Positions 12,149-25,435 of a stretch of 64,000 bases of DNA are shown one piece after another. The notes under the pieces were generated by a model. The model was not told the DNA's origin. It was given only the letters and a program-made list of their open reading frames with translations, and ran no database searches. Both the position numbers and the translations under genes were made by a program. How positions within the stretch are numbered: position 1 is the stretch's first letter; each line of letters opens with the position of its first letter. The DNA is from Podarcis pityusensis (lineage: Eukaryota): NCBI GenBank assembly GCA_964106645.2, contig OZ067041.1. The stretch is one strand, 5' to 3'.

Positions 12149-13267
12149 CATTGACTGAAATTCTTCCCTTGAGTCACCTGATTCCCAGGGTCCTAAAAAT
12201 ACTACCAAAGCTTGATAGCTTTATACCTTGGTGTGTGTTTTTTAAGACTTATATAGCAAGGCAAATTTTTTTTTACTTATTTGCCTTTGTCTTCCATTAG
12301 CTAGAAAGGCTTAAATTTGTATATTAATTTTCTTCACTTGTGGAGGTTCACTACAGCCCAACAGATGCATTTTCTAAACAAAAAGTAACTTGGTTAAATA
12401 ACCGTAAATGTTAAATTTGGGACATTTTGTACATATACATGTGCACAGGTTGTGTCTAGCTCCATTGGGTATTCTGTCACTACTTATATTCTGAGGAGGA
12501 ACAGAAAATATTCACGCACCATATATACTATATGTGTTTTATCTATACAAACATTAATTTGTATTCTTCCTTAATTTTTTAAAAATTGGCTGGCAGTTCT
12601 CTTTTTAAGATCTTGGGAGGTTATAGGGCCTGGTGGCTGAAAGAAAATGTGTGTCAAAAACTGAATGCCAGTGGTATGCTATGATTTGGGGCAGATTTCA
12701 CCTGTGCCATTCCATCTCTGCTCTACCTTCCTACCTGAACATGGACTGCTAGTAGGGATGTTCAAGATGTTCTTTTGAATATATTTTTTTACAAATAAAT
12801 TTAAGAGGGGTGCATAATAATAATGCTGATCAAATAAATCTAGAATAAAAATAGCAATGGAAGGCAATAGAATTCTTGTAAAGCAGGGCTTCCTTGTTGA
12901 AAGATTTATTACTAGTTACCTGTCAAAAGAGTTTTAATGATCTAACAGCACATAGATAAACTAATTGATTATGATATGGTTGTAAAAGGCATCTTACAGA
13001 ATTTTTATTTTTATTCCTTAATTTATCAGAGAAGACAGAAATACAATCCAACAGTCCAACACAGATGCATTTTATATAGTGTTTGTGTATAGATTAGGGC
13101 CCAGAGCTCTACATGTACACTGGTGTCTTTAGATGAGCACCAGAATCACTATAGTGGAGTACATATTTCATAATTAAATCTCTAACCAGAGAGTTATCAC
13201 ATTAATGTGTTTTAATTTTAGTTTGCTTTTAATAATGAAATAGAGTTGTTTTTATTTCTTTGCTCAG

Positions 13268-13474
13268 TGATGTCTGTAAAATTCAAATGGCTCCATCTGA
13301 TGAAAAGCTTAGACAAAACCTTGGTAAAGATATAAAGACTATTTATGACCTGCTGCTCCATTTGAGTGGGCAGTTGCTGCCTGGGATTAGTTCAAGCCAG
13401 TCGTTGCCATGTGACCCCATACAGCGAGTGGTGCAACTTCACTGGCAGCATTCTACAATGATCACTTTTCTCAG
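13268..13474 (+). CDS. CFAP47: CFAP47 exon 8: DVCKIQM...TIYDLLLHLSGQLLPGISSSQSLP...QHSTMITFL
   Basis: tttctttgctcAG acceptor; AG|GTGAGT donor; phase 2/2. Confidence 0.92.
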
Positions 13475-13649
13475 GTGAGTGTTTTAAATATATTTTGCCA
13501 TTACGTTTTGTCTAGTTGAAAAGTATTCCTAAACCATGCTTGACCAGCGTATGGAGGGAGTAGTGTGCTGGATGGGGGCAGGTTCACAGCTGCTGGAAGC
13601 CCTGGTGGCTTGAGTAGCACCAAGTGCCTATTTCCAGCTACAGCTGTTC

Positions 13650-14065
13650 CTTTTTAGATTATTACAAGGTGCTCTCCGTGAGGCTGCCTTTGAAAAGTGT
13701 TCAGAAGTTGCAGCTAGTGCAAAATGTAGGTGCCAGAGTTCTGCTAGGTCTGGTCCTCAGGGACAATTGAACAGCAGCCCGCAAAGATCTGTGCTGGCTG
13801 GCAGTTAACTAGCGAGCACAATTCAAGGTTTTGATGTATAAGCCGTAAGCAGCTAGGAACCTGGTTATCTGAGGGCTGAGTCTCTCCTTAAATGGATTGA
13901 GACACTATTATCTGAGTGAGCACTTCTCCCCATTCCACTCTTCCCCTATGTGACCTAAGATCTACTGGGAAGGACCTCCTTGTACTTCCAGCTGCAAGAG
14001 GTCTAGGATCCATCAAAAGGCCCTCTCAGTAATAGTACTCTAGTTGTGGAATGCACTCCTCCTGG
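13650..14065 (+). mobile_element. Degraded L2 LINE fragment (RT C-terminus)
   Basis: ttagattattac...ctgcctttgaaaagtgttcagaagttgcagctagtgcaaaat (LDY...LPLKSVQKLQLVQN). Confidence 0.75.
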
Positions 14066-14940
14066 CTGGCTGCAATGTTGCTGGCTGCAATGTTGTTATA
14101 AAATAAGGCTAAACTGCTCAACACTTTCTTCATGCCAGTCTTTCCACAAGGGAGACCTCATTCGACCTGGCAAAAGCAGGTCAAATGGTGAAAGGCACAG
14201 ATGTAGCTCAACGTACATAGTTAAAAAAGTGGTACCAGAGCACTCAAAATAAATTCAGGTCTTCACAGCCTGTGAATTGCATCATATGTTCAAGAGCTCT
14301 TCAGGTCCAACGAAGCCAAATGTGGAAGTTTCTGCAGTGAAGGCAGTGTGCTAAGATTTATATGAATGTCTAGCATCAAAAATAGGCCACTGTGGCCACA
14401 TTAAAGTTCTTTTGATATAGAAATTGCCCAATATAGTTAATAAAATTGACTTATTACCCCATGTTTCACTCAAATACAAATTCCAGTAACTATGAACTAG
14501 ATTGCAAAATGACCGTGGCTGGAAATGCTGATAAGGATGTTTAATTCTGACTGTGACTGCTGTCTGGGTAAGACAAAGGAATAGGACACTTAAGCAATTC
14601 CTTTAAAAGGAGAAAAATGTGTCTGCCTTATTAAACAAAGAAATCTGGGCATATAGACTGAGAATACTTTTTCATTATAAACATCTAGTGAAATATACTG
14701 AAATTAATACTGCAATTTTCTTTATTTGTCATAAGGTTATTGTAGTGAGTAGCGCACCTGATTTTTAGGACAGATTTCTTGCCTGCCTACTTTGTGCAGA
14801 ATTTCATAGCTATATATTTCAAATGTATTGGCACAGAAAAGGGGGCATGAATACAGTGCATCAGTGAAGAGTGTGAGAAAGGAACTTCAATTTCCAAGAC
14901 TTTATTTATTATTTATCCTTTATTCTTGTTTCTATATTAG

Positions 14941-15034
14941 AGGTCAAGGAGCATGTCTTCCTCACATTTTGCCTCAGTTTCTCCTTGACTTTGAAGATTA
15001 TAAGAAATGGGCCTGTTTACAGCTTATGGTGAAG
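14941..15034 (+). CDS. CFAP47: CFAP47 exon 9: GQGACLPHILPQFLLDFEDYKKWACLQLMVK
   Basis: ttctatattAG acceptor; AAG|GTAATT donor; phase 2/0. Confidence 0.9.
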
Positions 15035-15559
15035 GTAATTTTATATAATGTAAATGTATCAGTGCACTTCAATCTTGATCTTGGGCTTAATTTTAAGCAT
15101 AAAGATTAATAACTTTCCCCCCACTGGCATAGCCACATATAATGCTATGTTTAATTCCAAATGTGCTATACTTGCTACTATTTTTTAAAGTTTGCTTGTG
15201 ACTTAACAGTGTACATTTATTCTCTCTACCGTATAATAACATTATGTAATGGAGGGAATGTTCAGTTTTGCACCAAGTTGCTCATTGGGGTGCAAGTTGG
15301 GATTTGCTTCTTACTAGATGGCAGCCTATTAACAGACAAACTTTTGCATATTTATTTAGAAGTGAAGCCCATGTAGATGTGAATTCAATTGCAGCACTAC
15401 TATGCATATCCTCATGTATAATTACACAGCATTTTCTGCATTTCTACTTGTTATACAGGGTGATTATATTAGAAAGCAACAGCTAATGTTTAGTGTTTGC
15501 TGTTGTCCAATTTAGAACGATCAAAGTTTAAATCACAAGTGTCTCATATTTCTCCGAAG

Positions 15560-15667
15560 GTTGAGTCGTTTGATCCTAATGACAGTTATGTTTATGTTTT
15601 GGATGATTGTCTATTTGAAGCCATGAGCAAGCGAGCTTGGACAGATGTGTTGCTTCAAATATACAAG
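15560..15667 (+). CDS. CFAP47: CFAP47 exon 10: VESFDPNDSYVYVLDDCLFEAMSKRAWTDVLLQIYK (5' boundary uncertain)
   Basis: Donor AAG|GTGAGA is clear. The best phase-0 acceptor is tctcatatttctccgaAG (exon from 15560); in-frame alternatives start at 15494 and 15527. Confidence 0.8.
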
Positions 15668-16281
15668 GTGAGATCAGCAAGCTTGTGCATATGTCTTAGG
15701 CGGGGTTCAAACATAATGCGAAACTGTGGTTTGTGCTAACCCTAAGTTAAGAATCCATTCAGTAGTTTGAGCTTTCAGGTGTACAGCAGGCAAACCATGG
15801 TTTAGAACGTCTTTCTGCTTTTGTTTCTCATCTGCTCAGCCATGGTGTGTTATGATAGGTATGGGCAGGTGAGTCTATTTTTCAGTAATTTCACTGTTAA
15901 TATTTCTAAACCTATTTTATCCTAAAATATGTGATGTTTGCACTTTTGGCATTTTGGTACATTTGAGCTCAGAACTACATTGTGAAATTTGGAGAAGTGT
16001 GAAATTCGAAAGATAATTATGTTCTGAACTGCACATTAGACTAAAGGTACAGATAATAGGTACATATGCTTCATGAGGCAAGAGTCCCTTCTGAAGCATA
16101 GAGCAGAAGTAAAAGGGAGAAGATAGTTGCCTTTGTGTTAGAGCAGGATCTTACCATTAGGTAGTATACTTAGTAAAGAGTATGTGTAAGATATCTCACT
16201 TAGAGCAGTAGGGCTTATTCTGAGTAAATCTGTGTTTGTCGATTATATAGAAGAAAGTTTTAAATAGTTTGTCCATTTTAG

Positions 16282-16477
16282 ATTTTGGTTCTCCACCGTG
16301 TCTCCGTTGTTGAAGATGATACCGAGAGCAGTGCAGAAAACTCCGAACATGTTCCACGTATAAGTGCTGATCCTTTGTCTAGTAATATATACTCTTCATC
16401 TGAAAGAATTCTTCTTATTTGGATGAACAGAAATTTTGAGAAGACACGAACAATTGTGTGGAAAGACAGCAAAAAAG
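16282..16477 (+). CDS. CFAP47: CFAP47 exon 11 (start of CH domain): ILVLHRVS...SNIYSSSERILLIWMNRNFEKTRTIVWKDSKK
   Basis: ccattttAG acceptor; G|GTAGGG donor; ERILL.W.N CH-domain helix; phase 0/1. Confidence 0.92.
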
Positions 16478-18109
16478 GTAGGGGGAAATCACACCAACTT
16501 GCTAACTAGTATTCTGCTGGTAGTCCTGGTTTTTTATGTGCAGGAAGTCTATTGTAAAGATTTTTCTAAGACAGATTTAAAAATAAGTTTAGAATTGGTC
16601 AAAACATTTTAAATGCATTCAGATATTGAAATATGAAGCTGTCACTCTTGAAACATAGTCCCTCTTGAAAAAGTAATTTTTGAGGCCATTTTTTTCTAAA
16701 TTGGACAGTTCAGTTATTTTCTTCTTGAACAAAACGACTTCTCAAAGTCTTTTCAAAGTCTCAGAACAAAAGCATCCTTTGAAAAGAGCATTTTAAAAGT
16801 CAATTGTGTGACTTTTTCACCTCTCTGACAGTACGATGCACCGCTCAAATTTTAGTTGTTGTTTTATTATACCAGTGAAAATGTAAAAGCGATGAATGTC
16901 AGTATAATTCTTCTTTCGACACCGACTGTGACTGCAGTGCTGAGTTTGATCTTTAAGTAGTTAGATTAAAGCAGTCTAAGTTAGAAAAGCATTAACATTT
17001 AAAATAATGTGCAAAATATTCTTCTGATATGAAATTAATACTTAAGAATATAACTTCAGTTTGGTGTATATGATGCGGAATTACTACAAGGTTTGCGATA
17101 TGAATCCTTTAAATACTTCCTTTAAGCTATTTTATTTAACCAAGCCTCAACATAATTTTATTATGTATCTTCTCTAAATTACTGCCCTATGCCTATGACA
17201 TTTCCCCTCATTAATGACCTGATCTTATTCACTAATGATCTCATCCTGTTCCATGCTGTGCCATCAAAACAGGGTTAGGATTAGTGTCATGTGGTGCCAT
17301 AACACATGTTGTGCCACTCTTGAGACCCAAACCAACTAGTTCTCTTGACAGGTCCTCAGCCTGTGTCGAAAGGAAAAAGACATTTTAACTAGGACTGGAG
17401 GTTCGTGAAGCCCACACAAGGCTCAATTATATTACATGTTTAAGAATGTTTATGCAGACCTGTTTCCCTATATCCATATGGTGTGTCCAGCAGCCAGAGT
17501 GAAACAAACACAGCGTTAGAACAGATTCAGACACAGTCCAAATAGTGAACTATTTATCCAGGCCCTACTCCAAGAGCTGAGACATAGAGAGAAAAGGTGC
17601 TATGCACAGGAAATGCAAGGACGTATTGTTTGAGAGCAAAAGTGCCACCCCATCTGACACCCATGCTCAAGAACTACAAGACTATTTAAAGGATTCGTGT
17701 CACAAGCCTTGTGGCAATTCTGCATCATATACACCATACACACCAAACTGATATTATATTATTAAGTATTAATTTCATATCAGAAGAATATTTTGCACAT
17801 GAACTACCTGTTCATTATTTCCTGTGCTCAGGCAGGAGAAGCCAGCCAGGTGTGATAGAAGACTGGCAGCAGAAAGGACAGACAAGTGCTATAATAAACA
17901 GGGATACTGAGGGTCATACTATACCTGCTGTTAAATGAATCTGTCTCCATGGTTAAGAGATTGACAGTGCCACTCAGTCTCATATGTTTCTTTTTTCTTC
18001 TCCTCCACTCCCTTCTCTTACAGTGCAGTTCTACCCTCCCATTTATTTCAGTTCCAACTATTTGGGCTTACAGGTGTGCTTTGTTGCTGTATTCAGTGGA
18101 TGTCAAGAG

Positions 18110-18633
18110 CAGGGGCGGACGAAGGGGTTGTGGTGGGGTCGGTCTGGCCTGGGTGTCATCACTGAGGGAGGTGACATTTGGTACGCCGTCCGCCCACGAC
18201 TCCCAAGCCTACCCTGAGCCGTCAGGGGAAGGGGTGGAACCGTGCCGCCTTGCTGGTGGCCTTCCCCCCTTCCCCCTTTGTTTTGACAGCTCAGAGGAGG
18301 ATTGGGAGTTGTGGGCGCACGGCGCGCCATTGCTCCCCGCTACTTGGTTGCTTCCTGGGGGGTGGGGTGGGAAGCCTCTCCCGAGCTGTCAAAAGGAAGA
18401 GGGAAGGGAGGAAGGCTGCTGGCAAAGTGGCGCGCCTCCTCCCCCCTCCCCCGCCCAGGAAGCAGCCTGCCATGGGCAGTTCGCTCCACCCCCCATGGGT
18501 GGTTCGCTCCACCCCCTGGGATGCTCACCATGGCCACACCCTCCTTGGATGCTTGCCCTGTCCCCATTGCTCTGCCTTCAGGCGCACAGCATGTGCGTCA
18601 CTCTGGGTGCCGGAGCAGCTAGCTCCGCCTCTG
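18110..18633. mobile_element. Non-autonomous hAT element, 524 bp, GC/CpG-rich
   Basis: TIRs CAGGGGCGGA / TCCGCCTCTG; perfect 8-bp TSD GTCAAGAG at 18102-18109 and 18634-18641. Confidence 0.88.
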
Positions 18634-20911
18634 GTCAAGAGCAAGCCAGAATTTTAAATATATCCATGCCCTGCGCCCCCGTTAGTAATGTCCTGTATCA
18701 CTGAAAACCCTGCATGAGCAGATTGCCTGCATGGATTCCTCTGGTTCTGCAGCCTGAACATGCAGAACGCTTTAGGGCTTCTATGGTTCAGCTGTCTGAG
18801 AACTGCTTTTGTTTGCTTGTTTTAAAGAACCCGTTAAAACCAGTCAGATAGCAATTCTACTTGAAAGTCTAGCACTACATAATAGTGTTGCTCTTTAGTA
18901 AGTTGGAGCAAAGAGCGCCTTTAGTTCCATGCATTGAAATAAAATCTTTGAACTGGATGCTATTGAGATGTCAGGTAAAATGACAGGTTATAAGCTTGAT
19001 CTTGCATGTGCTGTACCTTCTTTTCTTGATGTTGCCTTAAGTTATGTTCTCAGGCTCTTTGTTGCTACAAGGGCACTAAACAAAATTCTATTTTATATAG
19101 ATTTCCCCCCACAGTGATAATCTCTTAAGCTCTGACACTCATCCAAGCCATCATAAACTTTAGAAGCCTTTAGAAACTTGTTTAAATGATTTTTTTTTTA
19201 CCCATGCTTCAACTGCAGTTTGGGACCAATAATGGAAGGTTTGTTTATGCCTTCCCAGACTTTTACTTCAAAAGTCAGAAAGAGATAATCTTAAAGGCTA
19301 AGTGACATTTCTGCTATGAATTATGTACCTCTTTGTGGTGTGAATTTAGTACTAAAATATTTTTATTAAATCTTTTTAGAAGAGTGGGTGCATCTGATCT
19401 CAGAACCTAAAATATGGTTAGGGTGTACAGGTGTTATATGCATATTAACATGAATATCTGCCTAAAATTTCCTGACAATCCCAGATGATTTTTATTTCTG
19501 AAAAATAAGAAGCTGTATTCAGATATTTACAATATTTACCTAATACTGCCAGTATCCTTATGTAAACTTCAAAGTTCATAAAATTTTGGGTATTCAGTGT
19601 AATGCCCAAAATCTCGGGTGTATAGCAATGAATGTTGACAACAGTCCAAACAGGATAGTCAGCAGAATATTTATGACAGATGGGAACTAGGCCAGCATCA
19701 GGGATTGGGATCCTTAGGTAGCTGCAAAGATCCAGCACAACAGGGGACTGGAGTCTCCTCCTTGTCCTCAGTACCATCAGCATGTGCTCAGTTCCTACTT
19801 GTTCAGGTGAGCATCAAGAACAGAGACAAGAAACAGAAGTGGCTGCTTTCAGATCCTCATCCAGCATGAAGATTGGGCCCAGTTCTCTATTGCTTTCCAG
19901 AGAAAGGTGGTGAATGGGCAAGTAGGCTGCAGTTGCAGTTTCTCCTCTTCACTGCTATTGTCCACCAGTAATTGTAATGTTGGTGAGAAGGCACTTTTGA
20001 TAGCAAGGCAACAAGCCATCGCTGCCCCTGTCTGATTTTGGTCAATGAAGGTTCTTTCTCATATGAATTCACTCAACAGTGAACTGCATATACCTGATTT
20101 ATTTATTTTTTAAATTATTTATACATAATTTTGCAGTTGTCGGTCTAAACAACTCTAAAGTTACAACATAGACCAAAATACATAGTTTAAGAGTAAATCA
20201 ATAAAACACCGTACATATAAAATACCACACACAGTTAGTACATTGTGGGAATCATACATACAATTTTATTTTTAAAGGGCTGGACTGCTGAGTACAATGC
20301 TGTGAATAAGAGGTGCTGACTTGGGGGCAATTTCAGGTCACCATGGCTACCAGGTGACTATTTAATGACAAGTCTTGCATAGAGTGACATAAACCCCATG
20401 TTCTTTTATTAATGTTGCAATGGCTTTGCTTAACCTTTTAGTGCAGCTGAAACCTTCTAATTACTTTTAAATATTAAAAATTTCCAGGACTGGGTTTTGG
20501 AATTGGGTTACATTTTAATTTATTATGGTGTTTACCTATGACTCTAGTGCTAATGCAATTTTGGCTGGTAAATCTTCTAAGTGCTGATGTATTAATTATT
20601 AAAGCTGAGTAACATAATTGTCAATTAAGACATATGGGAGTTCTAATTAATGCATTTGCTTTTCAACAGTGCACAAGAAAAGCAAATAATTGTTAGGACT
20701 GAGATAGCAAAAAAATGAAGCAGAGGTAAAACTAGTCAGTTTAGCTGGGCATCAGTAAATGGAATCTGTTGTTTTATTTGCATAATAAAATATTTCATTT
20801 GTTAGAGAACTAGCTCCAAATAAACTTTAAGAGTGCTTCTTGAGCTTGAGTGCTAATGTACAATCTGTGTCTAGTAATTTTGAGCTTTACGTATGGTGTA
20901 TATATAAGAGT

Positions 20912-21300
20912 GGGACGGGGGTGGTGCTGTGGTCTAAACCACTGAGCCTCTTGGGCTTGCCGATCAGAAGGTTGGTGGTTCGAATCCCCGCAATGGGGTG
21001 AGCTCCTGTTGCTCTGTTCCAGCTCCTTCTAACCTAGAAGTTCGAAAGCATGCCAAAAAGTGCAAGTAGATAAATAGGTACCACTCCGGCAAGAAGGTAA
21101 ACAGTGTTTCCGTGCACTGCTCTGGTTTTGGTGTTCCATTGCTCCAGAAGCGACTTAGTCATGCTGGCCACATGACCCGGAAAAACTGTCTGTGGACAAA
21201 CGCCGGCTGCCTCGGCCTCTAAAGCGAGATGAGCGCCGCAACCCCAGAATCGTCTGCGACTAGACTTAACTGTCAGGGGTCCTTTACCTTTACCTTTTTT
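20912..21300 (+). mobile_element. Full-length Sauria SINE
   Basis: tRNA-like head (ggttcgaatccc B box), body agtgcaagtagataaataggtacc, (ACCTTT)n tail; 11-bp TSD TATATAAGAGT (20901-20911/21301-21311). Confidence 0.92.
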
Positions 21301-21760
21301 TATATAAGAGTAAGGAATTTTTGTTGACCTCCATTCCAGCTATTATCTTAGGAGATTTCGCCTTAAAAAGAGCCATTTTAGGGTAACATACATGCATCCT
21401 TTGCCAATAGATAATGCCAATGAATGCTTATCTATAAATACTTCCATGTGCTGAATAGCCTGTCTATAGATCACTCTATAGATCTATTTGCAGGATCTAT
21501 TGTGGTTGGGCTTCATGTGATCTTCATCCTAAAGGATGATGAAGATGTCTGAGAACCGAAAGCCTACCAACATAATTTGGTGAGGGGACATTTCAGGAGG
21601 GAATTAAACCACAATTTATCTAGGAAGATTGGGTAGACATACTTGAAATATTGTACTATGTTTATAATATGATTTTCCACTAGGAAAAAAATGGAGCAAT
21701 TTTGTCAGAATAGACTCACAGATTCTTCAGGGGAAAACACTAAATTCTCATTTCAAACAG

Positions 21761-21858
21761 GTGATATACCACCTACAAGATGGATAGTAAACTTTGATAA
21801 AGATCTGCTTGATGGCCTGGTCCTAGCTGCACAAGTAGCCAAATATTGCCCTTATTTG
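21761..21858 (+). CDS. CFAP47: CFAP47 exon 12 (CH domain): DIPPTRWIVNFDKDLLDGLVLAAQVAKYCPYL
   Basis: tttcaaacAG acceptor; TTG|GTAAGA donor; V.NF..DL.DG.VL CH motif; phase 1/0. Confidence 0.93.
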
Positions 21859-23332
21859 GTAAGAAAGTTTTTCACTATTTTGATGGAAATATTATTAGTT
21901 AGTTTTAAAATACTTGTATTGCATAAGAGAAATCAGTGTTCAATGTATTGTTAGACAATTGATAGAAAATAAAAAATAAAAAATGCCATGATCAACTTGC
22001 GTTTGAACAGGAGGGAAATAATAAGTTATCCGTCTCTCATTTTGCTGTTGTGCCAGCTACCTATTTTATCTTCTCTCTAATCTTTCCTTTTCTTCCTTCA
22101 CTGTGCTCAGACTCATAACTTAATAGCTTCTGTTATCTGAGTCTTTCATTCTAGTCTCTGCCTTGTAACATGCTTCTCCCTAGGCTCTCATGTCTCCCTT
22201 CATTTAAGGCTGTATTTCTGCTTCATGCCCATCATCAAGATCCACTTTTCTTAACTACCCTAAATGCATTCTGTGTGTTCCCTCATTGCCATTTTGTGCT
22301 CTTACTCTGTTCCATTGTCTGTTCCTAACCTCTTCCACTTCCAATCCAAATTGTATTATTGTGACATATATCTCTCTGTTGGGTAAAGTGTCATTCGTTT
22401 TGTCTTCGCTTATGGCTGCAGCTAAACAAATGCACAGTGGAACCAATGCATGATCTCCAGATTCTTGTCCCACTATGCTGGTTCTAAATTTAGCTCGCTA
22501 CATTTTAGAGAAAGTGTGAATGGAAGCCATTAAGTAGACTTGAAAACACAGGAGTGGTTGGAGTTGGTAATTAATTAATTGCCTTACACATATGTCTCAA
22601 GGTCATTTACAAGCAAACCATAAAAACATCTTTAAATAGTTTCAAAAGCTGTAACCCCCACCCCAGAAGACAGATTTAAAAGCAACACAAAATGAACACC
22701 TAAGGCAGAGACCTTTTTTTCCTGCTGGAAAAGCTTGTCAATTAGGTGTCAAGCAGGAAGCTAGAGAACAAGTAAACTGACCAAGTGGTTTTCTACTGAC
22801 AAAATCACTTTGTTTTGGAGGTTCCTGATGAAGAAAATGAGGTGTAGTGTAGCACCTGCTTTGTGTTGCTGGACGTTGCCATTTCGGTCCCCAGAATCTC
22901 CAGCTGAAAGAATCCCAGGTGGCCATGCTAGGAATGACCTTTGAGACATTGGCGAGCGACTGTCAGAGCAGATAGTAGTGGTCTTGATGAGCCACTGTTC
23001 TGACATGCAGTTAGCCAGCTTTGGTGTGATTCTTGGAGTGACAGCACCAATAAGTGAAGAATTGAGGTGAGGAAGTGCAGCAACATAAAGCTGCACCTTT
23101 CTGAATAAGGTGTCATCAAGGTGTGCTAGTGCCACAATGCTCAAAGGAACAAAGAAAAAGACTGTTTTTTTGAATGGAAAGGTGTGAGCTCTTGAAGACG
23201 AGGCAGTAGAGAGCCCGATGTATAAGGAAATCAGAAAGTATCAAATAGGAATGTTTATTCCAAATCCTGAACTAGGACCTATTTACTAAGATGATTTAGA
23301 AGGAGTTCATTTTTTTTTAATCTTATCTGCAG

Positions 23333-23449
23333 ATTTCAACACACTTTGTGAATATGTACACTAATCCACAAACTTCTGAACAATGTCTTCACAATTGCCT
23401 GATTCTTGTAAATGCTTTTCATGCAATAAGCCTTGACATACATGTACTG
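23333..23449 (+). CDS. CFAP47: CFAP47 exon 13 (CH domain): ISTHFVNMYTNPQTSEQCLHNCLILVNAFHAISLDIHVL
   Basis: tcttatctgcAG acceptor; CTG|GTAAGT donor; phase 0/0. Confidence 0.92.
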
Positions 23450-23684
23450 GTAAGTGGATCTGAGTTATGAGTGGTCTGTGAACGGTTTTGTTCTTTATTC
23501 TTGTATATTGGGATAAGTTAACTTTTCATAATGGCCTTGCTAAAAGGCATTGAGTAAAACTATTTGAATAGGGCAATCTTAAAAGGGCACTGTGGGTGCC
23601 TACTGGCCAGGGTGGAAGAGCTTTTTTTCTTTTTGGCTGCCCCAGCAGAGGGGCCCAGATTTGTGACTTTTTAGTTGAGCAAAA

Positions 23685-24030
23685 ATGTGAGTAAGGGGGG
23701 GACACAACAGAGGTGTTTAAAATTATGTATGGTATGGAGAAAGTAGACAGAGGTTTTTCTTTTTCTTCCTCTGTCATAACAGTAGAACATGGGGACAGTG
23801 AAGCTGAATTTTGAAAGATCCAGGGCAGACAAATGGAAGTGCCTCTGGACAGAGTTTGTAGTTAAACTACTGAACTCATTCACACAAGATGTAGTAACAC
23901 CAACCAATGTTTGTGCTTTAAAGTGGATTCGAAAAATTCACGGGAGATAAAAGCTCTCAGTGGCTGCTAGTCATGATGGTTGTGTTCTCACAGTGGCCAA
24001 CCAGATGCCTATAGGAAGCTAACAGGGTAT
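23685..24030 (+). mobile_element. CR1 LINE 3' fragment
   Basis: gaggtgtttaaaattatgtatggtatggagaaagtagacagag...gttaaactactgaactcattc...caagatgtagt is the CR1 ORF2 C-terminal pattern. Confidence 0.75.
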
Positions 24031-24037
24031 TCAGAGG

Positions 24038-24127
24038 CATAGCTGTCAACGTTTCCCTTTTTTAAAGGGAAATTCCCTTATTCCGAATAGGATTCCACAC
24101 AAGAAAAGGGAAAAGTTGACAGCTATG
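24038..24127. mobile_element. 90-bp hAT MITE
   Basis: Perfect 13-bp TIRs CATAGCTGTCAAC / GTTGACAGCTATG; perfect 8-bp TSD TTCAGAGG. Confidence 0.9.
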
Positions 24128-24169
24128 TTCAGAGGTATGGTGCCTCTTATAGTAGAGCTAAGAAGTGAA

Positions 24170-24475
24170 GCAGAGGACCTCTGCTTGAGACCGCAGAAAG
24201 CCACTGCCATAAGAGTGGGAAGGCCTGTGCAGAGCTGGTCTGAAGCCCGGGGCCTGGACTCTTGTTAGAATAAAGTTACAAACTCAAACAAAAATGCAGG
24301 TAGTCCCTGGTAGGGCTCCCTAACCAGCTTAGCCCTCCGAGGTCTGGGGCAAGGTTAGCTGGCTGCCCACCCCCTTCTGCATGGGCCTGTCACATCCCCT
24401 TACCTGAACATGTCAGGGATTGAACCTGAGACTTCTACATGCAAAACATGGGCTCTTACTATTGAGCATCAACCT
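24170..24475 (-). mobile_element. tRNA-derived SINE interrupted by a TIR element (about 24221-24388)
   Basis: Reverse tRNA head cagggattgaacctgagacttctacatgcaaaacatg; inner insert bounded by aggcctgtgcagag / ttctgcatgggcct. Confidence 0.5.
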
Positions 24476-25435
24476 TTTACTTCACTTCAGCTGTTAAATT
24501 AGCAAAGCAAATCAGAAAGTTTGTCACTGAATTGTAGCTCAGACTTGAGGTGAATCAACACAGTTGAACAAAGGGGCTGGAAATGCTGCATTTTTCACTC
24601 AGAGTATATTTTGGTTTATGCATAGAAAAATAATGGTTACCTTCATACAGAATCTGAATGTTAAACAAATGGGCTTTACTACAGACCAGTGCTTGCTAGA
24701 TTCAGTCATTTACTTGCATTTTAAACCCAAATTACCATAAAATCCATTGGGTTAGAGAGTGCATTTCTGCCCTGCAAATAAAAAATATATTAACAGTTGT
24801 GATATTCATCTGCTTTACTCTAATTGCAGAAAGCTGCATTGTACTTTTAGTGCCATGAATGATGCCATATTTTATGAGATTATTAATGAACCAATTATGT
24901 GAACTGGTTAATCCTATTTTTTTTTTACTGAGGTACTCTAAATGATGTGGGATGCAGTAATGGAAGGGTGGATACATTTAGTCATAAGTCAGTATCTGTG
25001 AATAACTGCATCCACTGAATTTCAGAATGCTTGTTTTGTAGTATACCTTGCAGTTTCAATAATGTATTAAAATGTAAATGATAGATCTCTGTGACAATGG
25101 AAATATGTTTTTATGTTGAAACTTGGTGAAAATGTAATCTCTATTACTTAAAGTAGTTCTATAATCCTCATTTTCAGCAGCCATGCAATTTATTACAACA
25201 CAATGAAAGTAAAATTTGTTCTCTGTTCCTCATTGAAATATACTTTATATGTCTTGGTGTTTGAAAGTTTAAATTCTTGTGTCTAGGATTTACCCTTTGC
25301 TTTTGTTGTTCCTTTATGTATGAAAAAATTGGTAGTCAAGATGATAACTTGATATTGAAACTCCTTCATTTATACGCTTTGGTGGGGGGATCTTTATCCA
25401 CAGCATGAACTTACTCTGCATCTTTTTAAAATTAG

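Noticed and set aside
15516-15667. Exon 10 starting at the tttAG before 15516
   Set aside because: Phase 1, incompatible with the phase-0 donor of exon 9.
17949-18704. 251-aa ORF as a nested gene
   Set aside because: Mostly inside a TSD-flanked GC-rich hAT element; low-complexity product with ORFs in many frames.
20912-20995. tRNA gene suggested by A/B boxes
   Set aside because: It is the tRNA-derived head of a Sauria SINE and continues into SINE body and tail.
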